Part shown: one piece after another, positions 1-9,842 of the stretch
How positions within the stretch are numbered: the stretch's first letter is position 1
Layout of the letters: every line of letters starts with the position of its first letter
From: Gemmatimonadales bacterium
GTDB lineage: Bacteria; Gemmatimonadota; Gemmatimonadetes; Gemmatimonadales; GWC2-71-9
Length of the DNA: 64,000 nucleotides
Direction: 5' to 3'
Assembly: GCA_041615815.1 (NCBI GenBank)
Contig: JBFJCP010000013.1
Span: forward strand, 32,001-96,000
Notes under the pieces: model-generated
The model's database searches: none
Told to the model about the DNA's origin: nothing
What the model saw: the letters and a program-made list of their open reading frames with translations, nothing else
Translations under genes and position numbers: made by a program

Positions 1-384
1 CACCGCACTCGAGCGGAAGTGATCGCCGCCCACCTCCTCGGGCTCGAACGCTTCGGCCATCTGCACATCGGTGTTGCTGACGATCGTGAGGTAGTCTTGA
101 AACGGCTGGAGTGGGCTCAAGGCACTGGAGCTCAAGTCGAAGTCATGACCCATCGTGGATGGCGCCCACAGATGTTGCGACGCCCCCCAATCACTGCACC
201 CCGCGGCGCCGTGCACCATCTCGATACACACCAGACGCGTCGGCTCGGTGGCGCGACCCGCCTTCGTCAGTGCCAGGAGTTTTCGGGCCGGGATCATCGC
301 GTCCAGCAGGGGCAGCGCCACCGTTGCGCCGAGACCACGTAACACCGTGCGGCGGGAGAGGTGTTTTTGGGTAAGGAATTCCAT
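1..384 (-). CDS. DUF1552 family protein, 5' part (runs off the window edge)
   Basis: Not in the ORF track. Translated by hand from ATG at 384: MEFLTQKHLSRRTVLRGLGATVALPLLDAMIPA...GGDHFRSSAV, open to base 1. This N-terminus is typical of DUF1552, and the gene follows a DUF1592 gene, its usual partner. Confidence 0.85.
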   Translation of the reverse strand, partial: MEFLTQKHLSRRTVLRGLGATVALPLLDAMIPARKLLALTKAGRATEPTRLVCIEMVHGAAGCSDWGASQHLWAPSTMGHDFDLSSSALSPLQPFQDYLTIVSNTDVQMAEAFEPEEVGGDHFRSSAV

Positions 385-406
385 TGGGTCTCCTGAGCTA
401 ATCCTC

Positions 407-478
407 GACTGCCCCTCTGGCTTCCATTGTCGCCGCTGCCTGTGACGAGGCAGGCGGCGGAAGGCAGAGGTGACAGGA
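407..478. repeat. long imperfect GC-rich stem-loop between the DUF1592 and DUF1552 genes
   Basis: CGCCGC-TGCCT (431-441) pairs with AGGCA-G-GCGGCG (448-459). Outer arms CCTCTG..TTCC and GGAA..CAGAGG extend the stem. Confidence 0.5.
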
Positions 479-498
479 GCAGTAGAACGACACTGATC

Positions 499-2988
499 TC
501 ACATCCCCGCCCCATCTTCGACGGCGGCGGTCCCCGTCGTACTCATTTGAAACGCCTCGCTCTTCACCACACCCAGGATGAAGGACGACATGCGATAGTC
601 CGTGGCCTCGGCATCCCTGACGATCGCCCGAATGGTGGGTTGGTCGTAGTACTCCACCCGCCTGCCCAGGGCGTAGGCCATGAGATTGGCCGTGAAGTTT
701 CGGATCAACGGCACCGGCCGCTGGAGGAGCGCCTGTCGCAGGTCCTCGGGCGACTCGACGGGCGTTCCGTCGTACAGTTGGCCCCGCGTATCGAGCGGCA
801 TCCCATTTTCCCGGATGCGCCACTTACCGGTCACGTCGAAGTTGTCCAGCGCGAGCCCAATGGGATCCATGAACTGATGACACGCTCGGCAGACGGGGTT
901 CGTGCGATGGAGCTCCATCCGCTCACGCGTGGTGAGGAACCGGCCGTCCTTGGACCCCTCAGTCTCCTCGAGGTCGGGGATTCCCGGCGGAGGCGGTGGT
1001 GGTGGTGTGCCCAGCAGCACTTCCATCACCCACTTGCCCCTGAGCACCGGTGAGGTGCGACCGGCATGCGAGGTGAGCGTGAGAATGCTGCCGTGGCCAA
1101 ACAGCCCACGGCGCTTGTCGTCGGGATACTGGACGCGTCGAAACTCGCTGCCCGTGACGTTCGCAATCCCGTAGTGCCTGGCCAGTGGCTCGTTCACGAA
1201 CGTGTAGTCGGCGGAGAACAGATCGAGCACGCTCCGGTCTTCACGGACGAGGCTGTTGAAGAACAGCTCGGTCTCGCGTCGCATGGCGCGCGCGAGCTGC
1301 TGGTGAAAATCGGGGTAGAGAAGCCGATCCGGGTGCACTTTCGCCAGATCTTCCAAACGAAGCCACTGGGCCGCGAACCTCGAGCCCAGAGCGTCGCCGC
1401 GTCGATGGACCAACATGCGCCGTACCTGCTGCTCGAGCACCACGGGATTCGACAGTCGGTCCTCGAGCGCGAGGCTCATGAGCTGGTCGTCCGGCGGCGT
1501 CCCCCACAAGAAGAAGGAAAGACGTGACGCCAGATCCACGTCGCTGATTCGAAAGGGCACTCCCGGCTGTGCCGAGCGGGGGAGTTCCTCGAGTCGGAAC
1601 ACGAAATCCGGACTCGCGAGCATGGCCTGGAGGGCCGTCTGGATCCCTGCTTCGAATCCGCCCTCGGCCCCGGCTTCGTAGAACGCCAGCAACGGTGCAC
1701 GGTCAACAGCCGTGACTGGCCGCCGGTACGCTTTCGCAGCCAAGCGAGTAATGATTTGCTCGGCGCAGGGCCGCTCCTCGTTTGGCGCCGTGGGCCGGCA
1801 CGTGAAGATCGCCTTCCGGCTGGGCGTCTCGGAGACGCCGGTGGGGTCGTACGGACCAACCACCACGAGATCCTTGAGATGGGCCAGGGCTGTGATCCCG
1901 TATCCGCTGACGCCAATCTGCCGATCGGCCAGTGACCAATCGTGCGGAGACAATAGGTCCTCCACGGGACCTTCGAACTGCCGAAGGAACGCCGCGGTCA
2001 CCCGATGCGGACCCGCTCGCACGAAGATCGGGTCCGTTTCCATGTTCACGCCGTTGGGATCCGACACATGCATCCACCGATCCACGTCCAGCAACGCGAC
2101 CCGCTCACGGTTCACGGAAATCTCGAGTTGCTCGCCATTCGCGATCTGCCCGTAGAATCCACCGGTGGTCGTGTGCTCAAACGCCAACTTGAAGACGTAC
2201 TCACCATCGGCAGGAAAGTTGTGCACGACCGAAAGGCCACCCCGGGTGCCGCGCGGCGCGCCCTCGACCCGCTCCCATTGTGAGACATAGCCAGGGTTCG
2301 TGTACGTCTTGGAGCTCACAGCCGCGTCGGGATCGCCCACGGCGAGGCGGCTGATGTCGGCCGCCGCGCGGAGGTAGGCATCGAGCAGCGTCGGCGAGAG
2401 CAATTGGACGTCCGCGATGTTGTCGAAGTTGGCGCTCTTGGTGTCGAGCGGCAGGTAATCGCCGGCGTCGATGTCGAGGGTCAGGAGGTCGTGGATCGCC
2501 TGTCGATACTCGGCGCGATTGAGCCGTTGGAAGGTCCGGCGGCCGGGGTTGGGGTTGGCGGCCACCGCCGAATCGATACGATGCTCCAGCTGCATCCGGA
2601 GCAGCGCGAGCGTGTCACCTGCTGGTCGCGGCATGCCTGGCGGTGGCATCATGCCGGCCGCGAGCTTGCGGATCATCTTCTCAGCCGTTTCAGCGTTCTC
2701 GTACGCCTTGGCAACATCGAACGCGGAGAGGCTCAGGTTGGCGGTAAGGGCGTGGTCGTTGTGACAGATAGCGCACGTTCGCTGGACGATGGCGGTAAAG
2801 ACCGCGGCGCTGGTGTCGGCAACGTGGGCATAGCGACTGGGTCGCTCAGGAACCTGCAAACCGGGCGTGGGAATCGCAGAAGGGGGTGCGACCCCGGCTG
2901 CCGCCCTTTCGGGCACTGGGCCGGCGCGAGTGGAGAGACCAGCGGCGAGCAGTACGGTGCCGAGGATCGTCAAGGCGAACGTCTTCAT
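499..2988 (-). CDS. DUF1592/DUF1588/DUF1585/DUF1587/DUF1595 (PSD/PSCyt) heme-binding secreted protein
   Basis: Signal peptide MKTFALTILG; CAICH and CRACH heme motifs; RLNRAEY, LASRLSFFLW, TSPVLRGKWV and MDPIGLALDNFD family motifs. Start moved to ATG 2988. Confidence 0.9.
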   Translation of the reverse strand: MKTFALTILGTVLLAAGLSTRAGPVPERAAAGVAPPSAIPTPGLQVPERPSRYAHVADTSAAVFTAIVQRTCAICHNDHALTANLSLSAFDVAKAYENAETAEKMIRKLAAGMMPPPGMPRPAGDTLALLRMQLEHRIDSAVAANPNPGRRTFQRLNRAEYRQAIHDLLTLDIDAGDYLPLDTKSANFDNIADVQLLSPTLLDAYLRAAADISRLAVGDPDAAVSSKTYTNPGYVSQWERVEGAPRGTRGGLSVVHNFPADGEYVFKLAFEHTTTGGFYGQIANGEQLEISVNRERVALLDVDRWMHVSDPNGVNMETDPIFVRAGPHRVTAAFLRQFEGPVEDLLSPHDWSLADRQIGVSGYGITALAHLKDLVVVGPYDPTGVSETPSRKAIFTCRPTAPNEERPCAEQIITRLAAKAYRRPVTAVDRAPLLAFYEAGAEGGFEAGIQTALQAMLASPDFVFRLEELPRSAQPGVPFRISDVDLASRLSFFLWGTPPDDQLMSLALEDRLSNPVVLEQQVRRMLVHRRGDALGSRFAAQWLRLEDLAKVHPDRLLYPDFHQQLARAMRRETELFFNSLVREDRSVLDLFSADYTFVNEPLARHYGIANVTGSEFRRVQYPDDKRRGLFGHGSILTLTSHAGRTSPVLRGKWVMEVLLGTPPPPPPPGIPDLEETEGSKDGRFLTTRERMELHRTNPVCRACHQFMDPIGLALDNFDVTGKWRIRENGMPLDTRGQLYDGTPVESPEDLRQALLQRPVPLIRNFTANLMAYALGRRVEYYDQPTIRAIVRDAEATDYRMSSFILGVVKSEAFQMSTTGTAAVEDGAGM

Positions 2989-3181
2989 TCCTGCCTCCAG
3001 CACGCGGCCCAGCAAGCGCCTGCACCATTCAACAAACGCTCGGACCGGCTCCAGCGAGCCTGATGCCCGGGCGTTGTGCAAGTTACATGTGTTACAACAA
3101 GATACGTCCGATCGGGGCTTTTGGCCAGTCGAACGAAACGCCTGGCTGTTTCTCAGTGTTGCGATTCACCCCATGCGGAAC

Positions 3182-3197
3182 CGTGAGGGGATTCACA
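3182..3197. promoter_or_regulatory. CRP/FNR-family-like box
   Basis: CGTGA-ggggat-TCACA, about 195 bp upstream of the DUF1592 gene. Confidence 0.45.
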
Positions 3198-3305
3198 GAA
3201 CGCTGTGCGCTTCATCTCGCTCACCGAGTCCATGACGCGCGTCTCTTGGCAGCCCTGAAGGCCTAATGCGCGCAGCGGTGGTCGCTTACCGGACACATGA
3301 CTCGT

Positions 3306-4721
3306 TCATCGAGCTGGTTCGATCTCCACCGCGATGTCTCTCCACGCTCCCTGCCGAAATCGCACCATACTCAGCGCCGAACGTGTGAGGTGACCCAGCA
3401 CGATGGCGAGCCAGATGTCTCCAGGTCTGAGACCGCGTGCGGCCTGGATGATTCCGCACATGCCGAGTGGCACCACGAGCTGCGAGACGAGCGAGATGTA
3501 GAGCGGGCTTCGCGTATCCCCGGTTCCCTGCAGGCCACCCGTGTACGCGAGCGCGACGGTCACGAACAGGCCCGAGATGCTCAGGTAGGCAAGCAGCTGC
3601 ACGCCAAGCTCCACTACGGTGGGCTCATCCATGCCGAAGAGCCCCAACAACACGCGGGGGAAAAGGATGAAGAGGAGACCGAAAACCCCTGCAACGGCCA
3701 AGCCAATGAGCGACGCGACATGCACGCCGTGGATCGAGCGATCCGGGTGCCCGGCGCCGAGATTCTGGCCGGCCACGGCGGCGGCGGCACCCATGAGGCC
3801 CACCGACGTCCACGTGATCAGCGAGAAGAGTTGCGTATAGCCCACCGCATACGCGGCTTGAGCCTGTCCGCTCTGTGCCAACGAACCGATGAAGCTCAAG
3901 AGAATGACGCCCCCGATGTTCATGACGACACCTTGAATGCCGGTGGGGATACCGAACCTGAACAGGGCGCGAATGATCGACCAATCCGGCTTGAGGCTCA
4001 TACCGCGGTGAAAATGCACGACCCAGCGGTGAGAGAAGAAGAGCCGGTGCACCGCCACCAGACTCAAGACGCCACCGGCGATGACGGTGCCCATGGCCGC
4101 CCCCGCGGTTCCGAACGCGGGGATAGGTCCGAGACCGCGAATGAAGACGACATTCAGCACCAGGTTCAGGACCGTCAACGCAATGCCATAGCGAAGTGGC
4201 GTGCGGGCGTCACCGGCGGATCGGAGGGCCCCGGCCAGCAGGTAGAAGACCATCATGCCGAAGCTGAACAGGAACATGATGCGGAGATATGGCAACGCTT
4301 CAGCCCGTACGTCTGTCGTCGCATTGACGAGCCCCAACAGCGGCGGCGCGAGGAAGTAGCCGAGAGGTGCGAGGACGCCGACCGACAACACAGCGGCGGT
4401 GAGAAACGCTTGATAGACGCTCCGATTCACTTTCTCGGACTCGTTGGCTCCGGCAAACCGCGCCACGAGCACGCCCATGCCGGTAAACAGCGATGCAATG
4501 AAGACCATGACGACGAGGAAGATCTGCCAGGCCACCCCGATAGCAGCATTGCCGGTGTATCCCACGTAGTGTCCGACCATGGCGTGATCCACGATCCCCT
4601 GGAGTCCGCCAATTACGTTTTGCAGCATCGTAGGCCACGCAAGCATCCAGACCGCGCGGGGGATGGAGCCCTCGACGATGGATCGGTCAAACGACTTCTT
4701 GGGTCTGGACGGTCCGGCCAT
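3306..4721 (-). CDS. MATE family efflux transporter
   Basis: About 12 TM segments; VDHAMVG, LRSAGDARTPL, VAGQNLGAG and GGLQGTGDTRSPL motifs. Confidence 0.95.
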   Translation of the reverse strand: MAGPSRPKKSFDRSIVEGSIPRAVWMLAWPTMLQNVIGGLQGIVDHAMVGHYVGYTGNAAIGVAWQIFLVVMVFIASLFTGMGVLVARFAGANESEKVNRSVYQAFLTAAVLSVGVLAPLGYFLAPPLLGLVNATTDVRAEALPYLRIMFLFSFGMMVFYLLAGALRSAGDARTPLRYGIALTVLNLVLNVVFIRGLGPIPAFGTAGAAMGTVIAGGVLSLVAVHRLFFSHRWVVHFHRGMSLKPDWSIIRALFRFGIPTGIQGVVMNIGGVILLSFIGSLAQSGQAQAAYAVGYTQLFSLITWTSVGLMGAAAAVAGQNLGAGHPDRSIHGVHVASLIGLAVAGVFGLLFILFPRVLLGLFGMDEPTVVELGVQLLAYLSISGLFVTVALAYTGGLQGTGDTRSPLYISLVSQLVVPLGMCGIIQAARGLRPGDIWLAIVLGHLTRSALSMVRFRQGAWRDIAVEIEPAR

Positions 4722-4812
4722 TTAGTCGATTGCGAAAAGAAGCGGGTGTGAGGCGGGCGGAACACAGGCAACCGTGGCACCCTCCCGGTGACCCGGGGAG
4801 GGGTCGGACCTG

Positions 4813-4850
4813 AGAGAGCCGACGTTCGCAACTGGCCACGTCGGCTCTCT
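4813..4850. terminator. stem-loop downstream of the DinB gene
   Basis: Perfect 13-bp stem AGAGAGCCGACGT / ACGTCGGCTCTCT with a 12-nt loop; no clear U-tract. Confidence 0.5.
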
Positions 4851-4903
4851 AGGCACGATGTTCACGCGCTCAGGCGTTCGTCGTGTTCTCGGCCGAAAAC
4901 GGG

Positions 4904-5440
4904 TCAGCTACCGAAATCCGGATAGTCCGCCGTGGGTCCGAGCGTCTGTGGCACCTTGGCCCCCGCCAGGCGGAGGTACACCGTGAGCTGCGCCCGGTGA
5001 TGGATCAGATGGTTCATCACGAACCGACGCATCACACCCACACGCGGCCCGCTGAACAACGAGGCGCCACCCTTCTTGAGCGTCCACGACTTCATGAACT
5101 GTTCGTCGCCCGCTCCCTCGATGATTGTTCTCGCCTTTTTGGCGTTCTCGTCAAAAATGGCGAGCAGCTTGGCGACACTCTCCGTCTCAGCGGGCGTATA
5201 GCCGGGCCCATCCGGCGGGTCGATATCGAGCTCGTCATGATTGAGGGTCTGTTCGGTCCATCCCGGAATCTCGGCAACATGGGCAGCGAGGCGACTCAGT
5301 GTCATCGACTTGTCGTGTGGCTGCCAGCTCAGCTTCTTTTCCGGAACGTTCTCCAACACCTTCCGGGTCGCCTGCATCTCCATGTCGAACTCCGGTAACA
5401 AACCTTGGGCAATCATGTTCGTTGCGGTCTTCATGGCCAT
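4904..5440 (-). CDS. DinB family protein
   Basis: WQPHDKSMTLSRLAAHVAE and NHLIHHRAQLTVYLR motifs; start set at MAMKT, downstream of GGAGG. Confidence 0.9.
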   Translation of the reverse strand: MAMKTATNMIAQGLLPEFDMEMQATRKVLENVPEKKLSWQPHDKSMTLSRLAAHVAEIPGWTEQTLNHDELDIDPPDGPGYTPAETESVAKLLAIFDENAKKARTIIEGAGDEQFMKSWTLKKGGASLFSGPRVGVMRRFVMNHLIHHRAQLTVYLRLAGAKVPQTLGPTADYPDFGS

Positions 5441-5767
5441 CGCACACCTCCGTGAATGGGAACGAGCGTCGCAACATTCAAGCGTAACCGCCAGCTCGAA
5501 GGCGCGGAAGACCGAGGGTCGGGGCGGCTGAATACGGAACGGACCCCTCCCACGCGGGTAGCATGCTTGTCTGGTACGTGAATCCGTTTGAACGCCACCG
5601 CTTCGCTCGACGCACCCCGCAGGAACGACGCGTTTGCTTCGATGGGCTGAGCGGCCAGGTGAGTGTTTTCTCGGGATAAGTAAAGGTTGCAGGGACAGGC
5701 AGCAGCGACCGACGAGAGCAACAGGGACAGATGAGGTAACCTCCCCCGCCACCCCTACCACACCGCT

Positions 5768-6583
5768 TTACTTCGAACCCGGCTCATCCCCCAATGCAAG
5801 CAAGTCCTTCCGTATCCCTCCCTGGAGAATATCCCAGGTCAGCCCCATGGACGTGGCGTAAGCACCGTCTGGATGATCCACGAACCACACGTGGAGCATT
5901 TCGGGACTCTGGTAGCCGGCGAACTTGCCCTGCTCGCAGCGGATACCGTTCGCGGTTTCCTTGGCCGACGACATCTGCATCTCGTGAATGCAGGCGGGGT
6001 CGGCGTACTGATGGTAGTGCCACACCGTGAGGGGACCAGCGATCTGGGGACCGCGTTCCTCCGGCGTTCTCACGAAGTACATGACACCCACCAGGAGCAT
6101 CCCCTCCGGCGTGTCGTAGAACATGAGATACTCCGGGTGCTCGGGATCCAGCATCCGGTCGTCCAGGGAGTTCGCGGTGTTGACGAAGTGGATGGACACG
6201 GTGGCATCGGGCTTGTGGGGAGCAAAACCGTCTTTCGTGGCCTTCTCGAAGTCGAACCAGCCCTTTTGTCTGGCGGTGAGAAACGTTTGCACCACGAACT
6301 CGTCGGCTGCCGCGATTTGCTGTGGCGTCGGAGGACAATTGGGATGGTACCGCGATACCTCGATGATGCGGTACTCCGGGGCGGTCAGCGTCGATTCCGG
6401 GAGCCACTGTCCTCGCTCGGTCCCCCGATACGCGAGGTCCCTCGCGAAGTACTCCTTACCGCAGTTGGCCTCGGGGGCATGGCCCGCGGCGCCCTGAGTC
6501 TGCGCCGCGACTGGCGCCACCCCGACGGCTGCCGTGGCGGCGAGCATCCAGAAAACGAAGGTTTGTGTGCGCGTCACCATCAT
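5768..6583 (-). CDS. secreted hypothetical protein with conserved-looking His/Met motifs
   Basis: Signal peptide ending AAQ; HFVN, LDPEHPEYLMFY, LVGVMY, WHYH and EMLHVW motifs; high GC at third codon positions. Confidence 0.75.
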   Translation of the reverse strand: MMVTRTQTFVFWMLAATAAVGVAPVAAQTQGAAGHAPEANCGKEYFARDLAYRGTERGQWLPESTLTAPEYRIIEVSRYHPNCPPTPQQIAAADEFVVQTFLTARQKGWFDFEKATKDGFAPHKPDATVSIHFVNTANSLDDRMLDPEHPEYLMFYDTPEGMLLVGVMYFVRTPEERGPQIAGPLTVWHYHQYADPACIHEMQMSSAKETANGIRCEQGKFAGYQSPEMLHVWFVDHPDGAYATSMGLTWDILQGGIRKDLLALGDEPGSK

Positions 6584-6776
6584 GGTCTCTGCGAATGGAC
6601 GGCTCGTGACTCCTGGCACTGCCGCCAGCGTGATCGAAATGTCCAGCCTTAGATAAAGGAAAGCAAGCAGCGGTGGCGGCAACGAGTTGGATGCAAGCAC
6701 CCAGCTGCAGTTGAGACCCGTTCACCAAGCAGGTACATTCGCCGCTTCCCCACTCATCAGGTCCCCGGAGGTGTCC

Positions 6777-9700
6777 GTGCCCCGCTTGGTTCGATTCACC
6801 GCTTTGGCCACCCTATTCCTTGCCGTGTGGCTCACGGATGCACCCCAGGTGCTGGCGCAGGCCCCGGCGCTCACGGAGGATCTCGTACAGGCGTTCCGGT
6901 TTCGGCTCATCGGGCCAGCCGTGGCCGGGGGCCGGATTCATGACGTCGAAGCCCTGCCTCAGGATCCTGCCACGATACTCGTCGCCTCCGCGTCGGGCGG
7001 CATCTGGAAGAGCACCAACAAGGGAACCACCTGGACACCGATCTTCGAGAACCAACCCGTGAGCACGTTTGGCGATCTCGCCATCGCGCCATCCAACCCG
7101 GACATCATCTGGGCGGGTACGGGAGAGCAGCAGAACCGCCAAAGCACCTCATGGGGGAATGGTGTGTACCGCTCGCTCGATGGCGGAGCAACGTGGACTC
7201 ACCTGGGACTCGACGAGACCCGACACATTGGGCGGGTCGTGGTGCATCCCGGGAATCCGGACATCGCGTACGTTGCCGCGCTCGGGAACTTGTGGCGCCC
7301 GAGCGAAGCCCGTGGCGTCTTCAAGACTGGTGACGGCGGACGCACGTGGCAAAAGGTGCTATTTGTCGACACCCTGACCGGTATTGTGGACCTCGTCATG
7401 GATCCGTCCACTCCGAATACTCTGTATGCCGCTGCATATCAGCGCCTGCGTCGTACGTGGGGATTCAACGGTGGCGGCCCGGGATCGGGCATCTACAAGA
7501 CCGTAGATGGCGGAGCCACGTGGTATCAGCTGACCAACGGCATCCCTTCGGGCGACAAGGGACGCATCGGGCTCGCCGTGAGCGCCACAAATCCACGCGT
7601 GCTCAACGCGCTGGTCGAACATGCGGACAGCGGCGGAACGTTTCGTTCGGGCGACGCTGGTGAGACGTGGGAGCGTGTCAACGAGCTCAATCAGCGTCCC
7701 ATGTACTATTCGCACGTCGTCATCGATCCCACGAATGAAAATCGGGTGTACGAGCTGGCGACGTCGTTCTACAAGAGCGAAGATGGCGGGCGCACGTTCG
7801 AGCGGATGCCCACGCGGCCAACGTACGATGTGGGCGTACATTCCGACTTCCACACCATGTGGATCGATCCCACGAACCCCAAGCACTTCTATTTGGCGGG
7901 CGACGGCGGGCTCCACGAGACGTGGGACATGGGGCTCACCTACGAGAAGATCGCCAACCTCCCCATCGGCCAGTTCTATGGTATTGGCGTCGACAGCCGG
8001 GAACCGTATTTCGTGTACGGCGGGATGCAGGATAACCACTCGTGGATGGGTCCGAGTGCCACGCGTCGGTGGATCGGGATCATCAACGATGACTGGCGTC
8101 AAATCGGATTTGGCGATGGCATGTACTGGCAACCGGATCGGACAAACCATCGCTATGTGTACGGCAACTCGCAGAACGGCAATTATACTCGACTCGACGC
8201 CGTCACCGGTGATTTGTTGGACGTCGCGCCCAGACCGCCGGACGGTGAGCCGGCTTACCGCTGGGATTGGGTCTCTCCGAGCCTCGTATCCCAGCACGAC
8301 GCCGCGGTAGTGTACTTGGGCGGCAATCGCTTGTTCATGTCCAGGGACCGCGGACTCACGTGGGAGCGAACGGGCGATCTCACCAAGCAGATCGACCGCG
8401 ATACCGTGGCACTCATGGGGGTCAAGGGCGCGGATATCAAGCTGTCGCGGAACGATGGTACGAGCTCGTTCGGAGAAATCGTCACGATCGCCGAGTCACC
8501 CCACGACCGCAATGTGCTATGGGTGGGGACGGATGATGGAAATCTCCAGGTGACCGAAGATTGGGGTGCGACCTGGACCGAAGTATCGCGAAATGTCCGC
8601 GGCGTCCCATTGGGGACGTATGTGAGCCGGGTGATCGCATCCGCAGCATCTCGGGACGCGGCGTGGGTGGCATTCGACGCACATCGGGACGGCGTCTTCT
8701 CGCCTTTCCTCTTCCACACGACCGACCTCGGTCAGACCTGGACCCCCCGGATGGCGGGCTTGCGTGGTTCGGTCAATGCGGTTGTGGAGCATCCGGAGAA
8801 CCCGAATCTCGTGTTCGCGGGGACGGAGCACGCGCTCTATGGCTCTACCGATGCCGGCCGCACGTGGGTGCGCATGAGCGTGCCCACCACGTTGTACGAT
8901 GATCTCGTGATCCATCCCAAAGCCAACGACCTCGTGGTGGGCACGCACGGCCGAAGTATCTGGATTCTGGATGACCTCACACCGCTCGTGGAATGGTCGC
9001 GAGCCATCGCCGGGACGGATGCGCATCTCTTCGGCATCCGCCCCACGACGATCTTTCAGTATTGGAAGGACACATCCTATCGTGGACAGGCGGCGTTCGC
9101 CGGCGAGAATCCCGCCTTCGGTGCCATACTCACGTATTACCTACGGGACGATGCAGCAGCGGCGAGCATCACCGTGACCAGCCCACGTGGCCGTGTGGTG
9201 CGCCAGACAGATGTTCCGCACACTCGCGGGATACACCGACTCGCGTGGGACCTCCGACACGAACCACCGCCGAGGACGGAGAGTCAGGATACGATGCCCG
9301 GCCCTCAACCCCTCCCCGCATTGCCACATCCGGTGGATCCACGAGGTCCATTCGTCTCGCCGGGCGAGTATACGATCGTCTTGGAGGCCGGTGCCGCGCG
9401 ATCCACGCAGACCGTGGTCGTCGAAGGCGATCCGTTGATGCCCTTGGACCAGGTGGACTGGGAGCTCCGGGAGACGTTCCTCGTCTCTCTCCTCGATCTG
9501 CAACGCGCGATCCACGAGTCCGTCGAGAACGGGAGGGCGGTCGAGGCGACGCTCGACACGATGAGGATCAAGCACGAGGAAGCTGGCGAGACCGTACCGG
9601 CCCAGTTGTTGGTCCAGATGGACTCGATCAAGGCGGTGAATCAGAGCCTTCGGCGGCTGCGACAGCGCACCGGCGGGCTGGCGGGTGAGCTGAATGGACA

Positions 9701-9830
9701 GGGGGTCAGGCAGGGGAGCCTCTATCCCCCCACCAACACCCAGAGGCGATACAAACTCGACTTGGAGCGGGAGCTTCGCGAGTCCGTCTCACGCTTGGAG
9801 CGATTGCGAGCACAGATCGAGGAGCGGTAA
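6777..9830 (+). CDS. VPS10/BNR-repeat beta-propeller glycosyl-hydrolase-like secreted protein
   Basis: Many (S/T)xDxGxTW Asp-boxes; IGPAVAGGRI, YGGMQDN and VGTHGRSIWILDD motifs; GTG start after GGAGG. Confidence 0.9.
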   Translation: MPRLVRFTALATLFLAVWLTDAPQVLAQAPALTEDLVQAFRFRLIGPAVAGGRIHDVEALPQDPATILVASASGGIWKSTNKGTTWTPIFENQPVSTFGDLAIAPSNPDIIWAGTGEQQNRQSTSWGNGVYRSLDGGATWTHLGLDETRHIGRVVVHPGNPDIAYVAALGNLWRPSEARGVFKTGDGGRTWQKVLFVDTLTGIVDLVMDPSTPNTLYAAAYQRLRRTWGFNGGGPGSGIYKTVDGGATWYQLTNGIPSGDKGRIGLAVSATNPRVLNALVEHADSGGTFRSGDAGETWERVNELNQRPMYYSHVVIDPTNENRVYELATSFYKSEDGGRTFERMPTRPTYDVGVHSDFHTMWIDPTNPKHFYLAGDGGLHETWDMGLTYEKIANLPIGQFYGIGVDSREPYFVYGGMQDNHSWMGPSATRRWIGIINDDWRQIGFGDGMYWQPDRTNHRYVYGNSQNGNYTRLDAVTGDLLDVAPRPPDGEPAYRWDWVSPSLVSQHDAAVVYLGGNRLFMSRDRGLTWERTGDLTKQIDRDTVALMGVKGADIKLSRNDGTSSFGEIVTIAESPHDRNVLWVGTDDGNLQVTEDWGATWTEVSRNVRGVPLGTYVSRVIASAASRDAAWVAFDAHRDGVFSPFLFHTTDLGQTWTPRMAGLRGSVNAVVEHPENPNLVFAGTEHALYGSTDAGRTWVRMSVPTTLYDDLVIHPKANDLVVGTHGRSIWILDDLTPLVEWSRAIAGTDAHLFGIRPTTIFQYWKDTSYRGQAAFAGENPAFGAILTYYLRDDAAAASITVTSPRGRVVRQTDVPHTRGIHRLAWDLRHEPPPRTESQDTMPGPQPLPALPHPVDPRGPFVSPGEYTIVLEAGAARSTQTVVVEGDPLMPLDQVDWELRETFLVSLLDLQRAIHESVENGRAVEATLDTMRIKHEEAGETVPAQLLVQMDSIKAVNQSLRRLRQRTGGLAGELNGQGVRQGSLYPPTNTQRRYKLDLERELRESVSRLERLRAQIEER

Positions 9831-9842
9831 GCGGACTGCCCT

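Noticed and set aside
3297..4751. 484-aa plus-strand ORF
   Set aside because: Antisense shadow of the MATE gene, expected in high-GC DNA
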